Source of the DNA: Nitrosopumilus sp.
Lineage (GTDB): Archaea; Thermoproteota; Nitrososphaeria; Nitrososphaerales; Nitrosopumilaceae
Direction of reading: 5' to 3'
Assembly: GCA_963667665.2 (NCBI GenBank)
Contig: OY763927.2
Location: 128,001 to 192,000, forward strand
Length of the DNA stretch: 64,000 nucleotides
A model generated the notes under the pieces. That model searched no databases. It was not told the DNA's origin and was given only the letters and a program-made list of their open reading frames with translations. The translations under genes were made by a program, and so were the position numbers. Each line of letters starts with the position of its first letter. Position 1 is the stretch's first letter. This document shows positions 31,455 through 40,098 of the stretch, piece by piece.

Positions 31455-31913
31455 ATGTTGTGGAAATTAGAATTAGAAGAAATTTTTTTTCATATATATG
31501 ATTCCAAAAAATTGATTGCAGGATATTTTGATCCTGATTACGGTGATCTTCACCCAAAAGAAAATTCAGAAGAAATTATTTTATCAATGTTAAAAAATCA
31601 CGACAAAATTTTAGGCGGATTGATCATGGTTCCTCTAGTCAAGTTCAAATTGTTTGACACTGATTTAGAAACTAGTATTTCTGAAGTAGAAAAAAATGTG
31701 ATTCGAGTAAATGAGCATTTACAGAAATGGAAAAATTTCTTATCTCAAACTAATCATAAAATTCACTCTGTTAGAATATCTCATACTGATCAAGATATGT
31801 TGACAATTACTTTTCCGATGAAATTCTCAAAACCAACACCCCTAGAAAAAACAAAATTACTTGAAGAAATTTTTCCTACTTTAGATTTGTTGCAGAAATC
31901 AGGTTTGCTGTGA
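31455..31913 (+). CDS. Hypothetical protein
   Basis: 152-aa ORF. Confidence 0.6.
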   Translation: MLWKLELEEIFFHIYDSKKLIAGYFDPDYGDLHPKENSEEIILSMLKNHDKILGGLIMVPLVKFKLFDTDLETSISEVEKNVIRVNEHLQKWKNFLSQTNHKIHSVRISHTDQDMLTITFPMKFSKPTPLEKTKLLEEIFPTLDLLQKSGLL

Positions 31914-32634
31914 TTTTACCTGAATATCTTGTAATTCCAATGTATACAGATAATGCTCCAACTAACAAAACAAGTGCTCCTACAGGAAATTCTGGAACAG
32001 CTGCATATTCTTCTGATTCTGCAATCAATGTGTAATCATTAATCCCACTAGTCTGGATTTTATCAGGTATTGCTATTACAAAAAATACATTATCTTCTAT
32101 TCTTAGGTAATCTGGTTCTGGGTGAACTCTAGATACTGCTGCAACATTTCCTTCTTTGTCATAAAGTGTAGCAATTACTGCCACAGTATTAGCTGTAATG
32201 TCACCCTTATTGGTAACAGTTCCAGTTATCATCAAATTATTGTAATTATCTCTAGATAACTCTGATTCAATAATGTCTATGACCTGATTTTTTGGAGGGC
32301 TAATCTTGTAATCTAGCTTCAATGAATATGATTTAGTTTTTTTTGCTTCATCATTTGTTAAAACAAGATCAAATGGGCCTTTCATTCCTGGCATGATTAC
32401 ATTTACTAAGGAATTTGTTTCCATTGTTTCAATAATGAAATTATTTTCATCAAGTAAAGTTACATGAACATTAATTTGATTTAATGGAAATTCTAAATTG
32501 TTTTTAATTTCACCAACAATGTGTAGTGCACCATCATCGCCAATGTATTGTTGATCATTTTGGATAAACACCTCACCAAATGCTAAAGGTGTGATTCCAG
32601 CAAAAATAATCAGAATTATGAAAATCTTTTCCAC
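31876..32634 (-). CDS. Surface protein with FxLYD-like domains and PEF-type C-terminal sorting signal
   Basis: Signal peptide, IVGEIKN and ATLYD motifs, VPEF plus TM helix at C-terminus. Confidence 0.75.
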   Translation of the reverse strand: MEKIFIILIIFAGITPLAFGEVFIQNDQQYIGDDGALHIVGEIKNNLEFPLNQINVHVTLLDENNFIIETMETNSLVNVIMPGMKGPFDLVLTNDEAKKTKSYSLKLDYKISPPKNQVIDIIESELSRDNYNNLMITGTVTNKGDITANTVAVIATLYDKEGNVAAVSRVHPEPDYLRIEDNVFFVIAIPDKIQTSGINDYTLIAESEEYAAVPEFPVGALVLLVGALSVYIGITRYSGKITANLISATNLK

Positions 32635-32682
32635 AATTCATTCATGTTATATTCTTTAAAGAAGTTTTTGTTAAATGTATGT

Positions 32683-33372
32683 TCAAGGCAAATGCTCAGT
32701 CTTCCATTCTTCTGCCTCATTGATACAATTGAACCAATCAACTTCTAATTTATCTGAATCAAATTCTCCTAATTCATTTTTGAATTCTTTATCACATTGA
32801 GTTTTCATATTATCTGATACTTGAATGACTTTTTGTGTTAATCCTACTGGCGGTGCTTCAAACTTTTCTGGTTCTTCATAATTTTTTACACCTGTTTTAG
32901 CTGAATAGAATTCAACTAGTCCTAACATTTCATATTCTAAAGCTTCTTGAATTTGTGTATCTGATCTTACTTTTGCAGATTCATCTCCTGTTTTAATCCA
33001 TTCAATGAATTCTGTATCACTTTTTAACTGTGATTCTGAGGAGATCTTTAACAATTCAACTGAACTCTTGAAGAGTTCTGGTGGTGCTAATTCATCATAT
33101 CTTGAAATTGTTTCTTTAAATTTGATTAAATGTTTATCATAGAAATCAAATAATCCTTCTTTTGAAATATCTCCTTCTTCCCATCTATTTTTCTCAGAAT
33201 AGAATTTTATTTGTAATTGATTTACATCCTCTTGAATTTGGTCTAACTCAATTCCAAACTGTAGTCCTTTTTGTTTGGTTTGCTCTACTGAATAATTGTA
33301 TCCTATAATTGATCCAATAATGAGAATGACAATAATTACAATTGTGATGTTTTGAATTTTCTTTTTTTTCAA
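32683..33372 (-). CDS. Hypothetical membrane-anchored protein
   Basis: N-terminal TM segment, acidic helical body. Confidence 0.65.
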   Translation of the reverse strand: MKKKKIQNITIVIIVILIIGSIIGYNYSVEQTKQKGLQFGIELDQIQEDVNQLQIKFYSEKNRWEEGDISKEGLFDFYDKHLIKFKETISRYDELAPPELFKSSVELLKISSESQLKSDTEFIEWIKTGDESAKVRSDTQIQEALEYEMLGLVEFYSAKTGVKNYEEPEKFEAPPVGLTQKVIQVSDNMKTQCDKEFKNELGEFDSDKLEVDWFNCINEAEEWKTEHLP

Positions 33373-33659
33373 AGATAATCTATATAATTTCCATTTTCGT
33401 CTAATTTTAATTCAATTGTGAATTCAGTACTGCTGATAAATGAATCATTACGAGTTGTTCTAACTCTTGCTATGACTAGCTCATATGGCCAAATCTCAAC
33501 TACTATTGCACCCACTTTTGCAGTTGGTGTTTCAGTAATTTCCATATCTTCACGCTTTACTCCGTGTTTTTCTAACATGTGAATAGTATGGTCTAATAGT
33601 GGTTGAGGATTATTGTTATTTAGTACCCAAACTGTCCCTTCATAATCTATTTTTTGCAA
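33369..33659 (-). CDS. Hypothetical protein
   Basis: 96-aa ORF overlapping the next gene by 4 nt. Confidence 0.6.
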   Translation of the reverse strand: MQKIDYEGTVWVLNNNNPQPLLDHTIHMLEKHGVKREDMEITETPTAKVGAIVVEIWPYELVIARVRTTRNDSFISSTEFTIELKLDENGNYIDYL

Positions 33660-33691
33660 TTTGAAATAATCCTAATTAACTCATATAACAA

Positions 33692-33925
33692 TTATTCGGG
33701 AACAATCACATTTAATGTCATTGTGCTTACAACTCTAGAGAGTTTTCTAATTGTTGCAATTACTTTTGCAAATTCTTCTGGGTCTTCTGTTTGAATCTCT
33801 GCAATTACATCATATGCCCCAAAAGTAAGATATGCATTACTGATTTTATCCATCTGTTTTAATTCATCAACAATATATTCTTCAGCTCCAAGATCACAAT
33901 TTAATAAAATGAATCCTTTGTGCAT
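33692..33925 (-). CDS. Lrp/AsnC ligand-binding domain protein
   Basis: GFILLNC...TFGAYDVIAE...IRKLSRVVSTMTL. Confidence 0.85.
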   Translation of the reverse strand: MHKGFILLNCDLGAEEYIVDELKQMDKISNAYLTFGAYDVIAEIQTEDPEEFAKVIATIRKLSRVVSTMTLNVIVPE

Positions 33926-33977
33926 TACTTTATCTTCAATTAATTTACCAAGTTCAAGTCTTTAAGTTTTACAATAA

Positions 33978-35297
33978 TTACCATCTACTGCGACCGCCGT
34001 AGCTATTTTTACCGCCTCTGTCGCTGTATCTTTTTCTACCGCCGCCTCTATCATCTCTTGAATCGCCACCACTACGTGATCTTCCATATCCTCCAGAGCG
34101 TCCTCCTCTAGAGTAGTTTGATCTTGATTGTCCTCCATATCTTCTTGATGGCATTTGTCTTTTTAGAGGATCTGGAATTGAAATTTGTATTCCCATTTTT
34201 TGATTCAAATCTTCTAGTGGAACTTTGATTTGACGTTTGATAAGATTCCAATCTCCAACAGATGAATATGACACAAATGTAATTGCTTTACCTTTTGCAC
34301 CTGCTCTAGCTGTTCTTCCAATTCTATGAAAGTATACTAATTCTTGATTTGGAACATCATAATTGATTACTAGTTCTACTGTTGGAACATCTATGCCTCT
34401 TGAGGCTACATCTGTTGCAACAAGAATGTCAGCTTTTCCACTTCGGAATTTTCCCATTGTTTGTTCTCTTCTGTGTTGCGACATGTCTCCTTCAATTGCT
34501 ACTGCGTTGTATTTTTCCTGATGAAGGAATTTTGCAACATCTCTTGTTCTGTATTTTGTTGAACAAAATACAATACATTGACGTTTGATTGGTTTGATGA
34601 AATCAATTAGATACTTGAATTTGTCTCGGTCTTTAATTACTAAATATGATTGATCTATTCCATCTCCACTAAGATCATCTGCACTTAACAGAAACTGTTT
34701 TGGATTATTTAGATATTCTTCAGAGAGTCTTAGAATCTCAGTTGGCATTGTTGCTGAATACAACGACATTACTCTGTCTTCTGGTGCTAAATCTAAAATA
34801 AATTGAATATCATCAATGAATCCCATATCTAACATTGTATCTGCTTCATCTAGAACAATATGGGTAATGTCTCTTAGTTCTATAGATCCTCTTTTGAGAT
34901 GATCTATTAGTCTACCTGGTGTTGCTACAACAATTTCTATTCCTCTATCAAGAGCATCTAACTGGATTCCCATTCCCTGTCCTCCATAAACTGTTACAAC
35001 TCTGATTTTGGTATATTTTCCAAATTTCTTTATTTCCTCTGTAATCTGGATTGCCAACTCTCTTGTAGGTGCCATGATCAACCCTTGAATTCCATTTCTT
35101 GGTTGGATTTTTTGTAACATTGCTAATGCAAAAGCTGCAGTCTTTCCAGAACCTGTATGGGCTTGTCCCACAACATCTCTTCCTGTAAGTAATACTGGAA
35201 TTACTGCTTCTTGGATTGGAAATGCTTCCTCATATCCAAGATCATTAATTCCTTTCAGTATGTCGTCGTTTAATCCTAATTCTTGAAATTTTGTCAT
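33978..35297 (-). CDS. DEAD-box RNA helicase
   Basis: Q motif, GSGKT, PTRELA, TPGR, DEAD, SAT, HRIGRTAR, RGG-rich tail. Confidence 0.96.
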   Translation of the reverse strand: MTKFQELGLNDDILKGINDLGYEEAFPIQEAVIPVLLTGRDVVGQAHTGSGKTAAFALAMLQKIQPRNGIQGLIMAPTRELAIQITEEIKKFGKYTKIRVVTVYGGQGMGIQLDALDRGIEIVVATPGRLIDHLKRGSIELRDITHIVLDEADTMLDMGFIDDIQFILDLAPEDRVMSLYSATMPTEILRLSEEYLNNPKQFLLSADDLSGDGIDQSYLVIKDRDKFKYLIDFIKPIKRQCIVFCSTKYRTRDVAKFLHQEKYNAVAIEGDMSQHRREQTMGKFRSGKADILVATDVASRGIDVPTVELVINYDVPNQELVYFHRIGRTARAGAKGKAITFVSYSSVGDWNLIKRQIKVPLEDLNQKMGIQISIPDPLKRQMPSRRYGGQSRSNYSRGGRSGGYGRSRSGGDSRDDRGGGRKRYSDRGGKNSYGGRSRW

Positions 35298-35395
35298 TTT
35301 TGTTTTCTTCTCTTAAGCAACAACGAAAAAGCTCATTGCTTACTCGTCGTTATTCCGATATTTGCGAGTCTCGATTAAGGTCTAATAAACGCTTG

Positions 35396-36214
35396 TTATT
35401 TTTGCACATCTAATTGAGCATCAATAACTTTTTTGAAACTATCAAATGGTTGGGCTCCCTTTAACTCCACATATCCTAGTTGATCATTTCCTATAAAAAA
35501 TCCAGGTGTTCCTGAAACTCCATAGTCCCTTCCATCATTAAGATCTTTTTTGATTTCTTCAATATACTTTCCATTGATAAGACATGAATCAAATGTTTCT
35601 TGATCTAATTGGATTTCTGTAGCATACTGACTAAACATAGATAACGCATCAGCAGTTTCTTGTTTACTCCATTGATTTTGATTGTAAAACAACATGTCGT
35701 GCATTTCTTTGGCTTTACCTTGTTCATTTGCACACTCTGATGCAACAGATGCTGGTACAGCATTTGGATGAATACTTTGAATTGGGAAATCTCTAACTAC
35801 TAGTTTGACTTTTCCTTGTTCTATGTATTCCTCAAGAATTAATGGAAGTGTTTGAGTGTGGAATCTTGCACAAAATGGGCATTGAAAATCTGTAAATTCA
35901 ATTATTGTAATTGGTGCATCTGGGTTTCCAATAACTACATCATCATCTGCTGAAATTTTCATTGGGAGTTCTGGTTGGCTTGTAGGTAATTGATTTTGTA
36001 ATACCTTGAGTTCTAATTTGGCAATTGCATCTTGCAGCTCTTCTTCAGAAATTTGATTAGAATTAAGATTTGATGTATACGAACCTGCAAAAAATGCAGC
36101 AACTCCTACTGATATGATTAATACTATGATTAACCCACGAAATGTTGATTTTTTTACAGATATTTCTCCATTATTTTGATTCAATTCGTCTGAACTCATT
36201 TGAATTTGTTCCAA
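35396..36214 (-). CDS. DsbA-family oxidoreductase
   Basis: DFQCPFC, GVSGTPGF, N-terminal TM anchor. Confidence 0.9.
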   Translation of the reverse strand: MEQIQMSSDELNQNNGEISVKKSTFRGLIIVLIISVGVAAFFAGSYTSNLNSNQISEEELQDAIAKLELKVLQNQLPTSQPELPMKISADDDVVIGNPDAPITIIEFTDFQCPFCARFHTQTLPLILEEYIEQGKVKLVVRDFPIQSIHPNAVPASVASECANEQGKAKEMHDMLFYNQNQWSKQETADALSMFSQYATEIQLDQETFDSCLINGKYIEEIKKDLNDGRDYGVSGTPGFFIGNDQLGYVELKGAQPFDSFKKVIDAQLDVQK

Positions 36215-36277
36215 ATTCTAGCATACTTATTCGTATTGCCAAATTATCTAATGATGCTCATTTTTGAGAAATTTAAA

Positions 36278-36352
36278 AGCCAATGACGGGATCCGAACCC
36301 ACGACCTGCTGATTACAAATCAGCTGCTCTAACCAGGCTGAGCTACATTGGC
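36278..36352 (-). tRNA. tRNA-Thr(UGU)
   Basis: Cloverleaf GCCAATG...CATTGGC; anticodon arm GCTGA-TT-TGT-AA-TCAGC; no intron. Confidence 0.95.
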
Positions 36353-36463
36353 ACAAAGTAAAATGAAATTTTTCAGGTTTAAAATGTTACCAAGATAATC
36401 TAAAAGACATTCACTTGTTCTATTATGTTTGAATTAACCGTCAGTTTATAATAATCCACAATT

Positions 36464-36709
36464 TTGATACCTTTGATGAGAATAAGATACATCGAGCCAA
36501 ATAGGTTAAAGGTTTTGATGATGATGTTTCTTGGAACAGGCATAATAGGTTTGATTATGGGGCTACGATTTGCTCCTCCCTCAATGACTATGATTCTTAC
36601 TTTCATGGGAGTAGTAAATATTGGATTGTGCGCATTTTTCGCATTTACCTATTTGACACAGACACGAAGTGAACCTGATAAAAGAAAGAAAAAGAAAAAA
36701 CACGATTAG
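36464..36709 (+). CDS. Small membrane protein
   Basis: Two TM segments and a basic tail. Confidence 0.65.
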   Translation: MIPLMRIRYIEPNRLKVLMMMFLGTGIIGLIMGLRFAPPSMTMILTFMGVVNIGLCAFFAFTYLTQTRSEPDKRKKKKKHD

Positions 36710-36867
36710 AATATTTACTTTAAAATACCTTTTACAAGAATTGTTATTTCCTTTTTGTTGAAAACATGTTTGAACAGGTTATGATATTATGAACTTTTTA
36801 AATCAATTATGAAAAATATTTCTCTACATTAAAGTATAAATAATAATGCTCTTTCAACAATTCAGAA

Positions 36868-37419
36868 ATGCTAGATTTAATGGCCAAGAAATTGTTTCTT
36901 ACAAAAGGTAAGGGTATTCATGAAGACAGATTAACAAGTTTTGAATTTGCTTTAAGAGATGCAGGAATTGCTGGAACAAATATCGTGTTGATTTCTAGTA
37001 TCTTTCCACCAAACGCAAAATTAGTTTCTAGAAAAGAGGGTCTAAAACAAATTAAGCCAGGCCAGATTCTATTCACAATTTATTCAAAGAACCAAACCAA
37101 TGAACCACATAGAATGTGTGCTGCATCAGTAGGTATCGCACAACCAAAAGATAAGGGCAGATATGGTTATCTCTCTGAATACGAGTCTTTTGGTCAAAAT
37201 GAAATACAAGCAGGTGACTATGCTGAAGATATTGCAGCACAAATGCTTGCATCATCCTTGGGAATTCCATTTGATGTTGACAAAGCTTGGAATGAAAAAA
37301 GACAACAATGGTCAATTTCAGGTGAAATCTATAAAACTCAAAACATTACTCAATCAACTAAAGGTGATAATGATGGAAAATGGACTACTGTCTTTGCCGC
37401 AGCTGTACTCTTACTGTAA
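36868..37419 (+). CDS. pdaD: Pyruvoyl-dependent arginine decarboxylase
   Basis: SFEFALRDAGI..NIVLISSIFPP self-cleavage site; GYLSEY; WTTVFAAAV. Confidence 0.9.
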   Translation: MLDLMAKKLFLTKGKGIHEDRLTSFEFALRDAGIAGTNIVLISSIFPPNAKLVSRKEGLKQIKPGQILFTIYSKNQTNEPHRMCAASVGIAQPKDKGRYGYLSEYESFGQNEIQAGDYAEDIAAQMLASSLGIPFDVDKAWNEKRQQWSISGEIYKTQNITQSTKGDNDGKWTTVFAAAVLLL

Positions 37420-38568
37420 TTATTTTTTATATCCTTTAAGATAAAATAATGCAGCAACAATTGCAACTATGGTAATTATAATTACTACAACAATTGATTC
37501 ATCAAATTCCACTTTTTCAACTTGAAGTTGAGTTCCTCCAAGTGAAAATTTTAATTCTTCTTTGTTTACTGTTGTTTTTTCACCAAAAATGTATTTTCCT
37601 TGAATTCTTTGCCCTTCTTCAGGATCAAAAATCCATCCTTCTTTTGTAATGTCTGTAGGAATCTTTTCATTATCAATTATTTGTGTTGGAACAATATTTC
37701 CATTGATATTTGAAACATTTGTGTTTTCAAATGATAGAACTACAACCTGAATTAAAGAATTTAGAGGATAAAATCCTGCTGAAAAATAATCTGATCTCTT
37801 TAGATTTTCAACTTTGAGAAATTCTAGTGGACTAATCTCAGAAATTGTTGGGGCTATATTTGGATAGTCAACTGATAATTTTAACTGCAAAAGCGATTTT
37901 GAATCTAATGGGATTAAAGAAAATGTAATCTTTGAGTTTTCATCATTTGATAAATCCTTTGCAACACTGTAGAATCCTCCTCCATCTCTAATTATTTTGG
38001 CAACAAGTATTGCTGAAATCTTTTCATACATTGAATTAGTGTCTTCCATAGGCATTGTGTATACTGCTGAAACCATACCTCTACCTGAGACAACTCCTGA
38101 TGTTTCAAGTGCCACATTTGATTCATCATTAGTATGAACGTAAACTGAATGGAATTTGGCATCTGTATCAAATGCTTGGTTAATTCCATCAATGTATAAT
38201 TCTGCAATCTCTTTTGTTGCATCTTGAATAGCAATGATACCTTTATCTTCAGGATTTCTTTGTACATTTATCATAATACATGATTGGTCTACCACTCCTA
38301 GGATACACTTTTCTTGGTTAGTCAAAATTATGGCCTTTACTCTCTTGTCTTCTCTAATTTCTTGTTCTAATTCTGCAGGAATTTTGATTTCCTGAATGCT
38401 AGTACTTTGTAATGTGATTGATGCTGTGACATTTTGAGTTATGCTTTTGTCTATGATTACTTGAGCAATTTCCTGAAAAGTTGCATTTTTCACCTCTTGT
38501 GAATAGGCATAATTTGTTGAAATTCCAACTAACACAATTAATGCTATAAAAAATATCTTTTTTTGCAT
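37420..38568 (-). CDS. Hypothetical exported protein with C-terminal TM anchor
   Basis: Signal peptide; C-terminal hydrophobic helix followed by YLKGYKK. Confidence 0.7.
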   Translation of the reverse strand: MQKKIFFIALIVLVGISTNYAYSQEVKNATFQEIAQVIIDKSITQNVTASITLQSTSIQEIKIPAELEQEIREDKRVKAIILTNQEKCILGVVDQSCIMINVQRNPEDKGIIAIQDATKEIAELYIDGINQAFDTDAKFHSVYVHTNDESNVALETSGVVSGRGMVSAVYTMPMEDTNSMYEKISAILVAKIIRDGGGFYSVAKDLSNDENSKITFSLIPLDSKSLLQLKLSVDYPNIAPTISEISPLEFLKVENLKRSDYFSAGFYPLNSLIQVVVLSFENTNVSNINGNIVPTQIIDNEKIPTDITKEGWIFDPEEGQRIQGKYIFGEKTTVNKEELKFSLGGTQLQVEKVEFDESIVVVIIITIVAIVAALFYLKGYKK

Positions 38569-38752
38569 AGGTTGCTACTCTAAAAATGAAATTATTAAAT
38601 TTATTCTTCTTTCATAAATTTTGAAACACTGATTTGATAAACTTTTTTTGTTTTTTTACAAAAATACATTATCACCTAGCTAATATTGCCACATATGAAA
38701 ATCTTCTTTGCAGGGGGCTTTTGTTGGCCTTTAGTAATGGAGTATTGATTAT

Positions 38753-39205
38753 ATGACAACATACTACGAGGTGCTACGCCCCGTGACACCTGCCGATCTC
38801 GATACGCGTCCAAGGTTTGTCGAGGTATTGAAGCTGATCCCATCGCAGGGACATGTGACCTCTGAACTGTTCAGACATCTTGGAGAAAGCCGTGCAAGCA
38901 AGGGCATAACGCATGCATACTCACGCGGAATCCTCAAGAGAATCTCGCCGCACGATCAAATATTGGGACTGAATTCCGTAAAATTCTGGCGCACCCAGCT
39001 CAACGAGTCGGGCCACAAAAACAGCATATCCAAAAACGGCACCAAGTCTTTGTATCTGCAGGGCCTCTCAAAGTTCGATGCGGTCTGCCAGCCATTTGAT
39101 GCCACTCCCATTTCTGCCTTTGCCACATCCACACAAAACCTGCAAACCATCCAAGATCTGTGCAAATCCTGTCATCTAGGCGGTGTTTGGGTCCGTTTAC
39201 TGTGA
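38753..39205 (+). pseudogene. Probable N-terminal fragment of a tyrosine integrase, truncated near 39,080
   Basis: VKFWRTQL...TKSLYLQGLSKF resembles integrase core-binding domains; the rest looks non-coding and has no R-H-R-Y catalytic region. Confidence 0.4.
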
Positions 39206-39431
39206 TTTTTTGGCAGATTCGCTGACACTTTTTATTTGACATCTGATGCTGCATATTTTAAAAGAACTGCCAAATGTTTCAATGGTCTGTGCGACAGTGA
39301 CAGTCTTTAGAATGCCTGCATATGGCCGTACCATATTTTAGTTAATCTTGAGTTGACTGTTAACTGTAGTGCAAATACCTGACAGTCTGGTGTAAAGTGT
39401 TGTAATTACAACTTATATTGGTAATTAAGAC

Positions 39432-39965
39432 TGTAGGATCCTGAAAGTAGTATACCAATTTACCTGACATTGTATTCCTCACCTGTTTGCCTGTCTGTGA
39501 TATCTTCCACTGCCAGTAGCATCTTGCGGGAGAATGCTTACGCAGGAATCTCCTGATTCTCCCAGTCAAGAGAACGGTGCGCCTGATCATGGTTGTACCA
39601 ATCTATGAATCGATATATGATATTCATCCTTGGCAATGCGTGAAACGGCCTGGCCCATCCTGAGCGGATAGGTGATGCTGCACGTACGGTTTACGTATCG
39701 AAACCACAGCTTCTTGACCCGGATCACAGGCACGTTTATGGATTTTGCGATCTGCGCGTCAGTCATGCCGCCTTTTCTCTTCTTCCTGACTATCCAGTTT
39801 ATTTGATTCGTCCAGCTTTTCATGACGCAGATACGGTGCTGTCCCACATGCCTTTACCGTTCTGCACGATGCTGCCATCTTCATTTTTACTCTGCGCCCA
39901 AGTCAGCCATGGTACGTTCCTCCCACAGTATACGGGGTGCGGTATACTACTTTTCGGACTATAAT
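39432..39965 (-). mobile_element. Internally deleted IS481-family element
   Basis: N-terminal HTH (WIVRKKRKGGMTDAQIAK...VKKLWFRY) joined out of frame to C-terminal RFIDWYNHDQAHRSLDWENQEIPA; imperfect inverted repeats sharing AAAGTAGTATACC (39444-39456 / 39941-39953). Confidence 0.7.
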
Positions 39966-40019
39966 CAATAGACATAAATATTTTATAATAAAAAACAGGT
40001 CATTGATTTCTAGTCATAA

Positions 40020-40098
40020 TTATAACGTCATTTTGCAATCGGATCGTCTAATGTCATCTTTTGGAGACACGGGGGGGGGGGGGGGTGACAGCACTTGA
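40020..40098 (+). promoter_or_regulatory. TATA-like box, 15-codon upstream ORF, G15 tract and SD-like GGGGTGA ahead of the giant gene
   Basis: TTATAA 40020-40025; ATG 40051; G15 at 40071-40085; uORF stop TGA 40096-40098 overlaps TTG 40095-40097. Confidence 0.55.

Noticed and set aside
33978-34150. Low-complexity repeats at the DEAD-box gene end
   Set aside because: Ordinary RGG/SR-rich helicase tail.
38600-38800. attL/attR copy of the tRNA-Gln 3' end at the island's left edge
   Set aside because: No match to GGTAGCCCGGGCCAGACTCGAAC found by eye.
39080-39300. Possible small element truncating the integrase-like ORF
   Set aside because: Only short, ambiguous repeat similarity (GGTCTG); ends cannot be defined.
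40051-40098. Poly-G as an in-frame ON/OFF frameshift within the giant CDS
   Set aside because: A TGA at 40086-40088 is in the giant gene's frame directly after the tract, so no tract length fuses the upstream ATG to the CDS.
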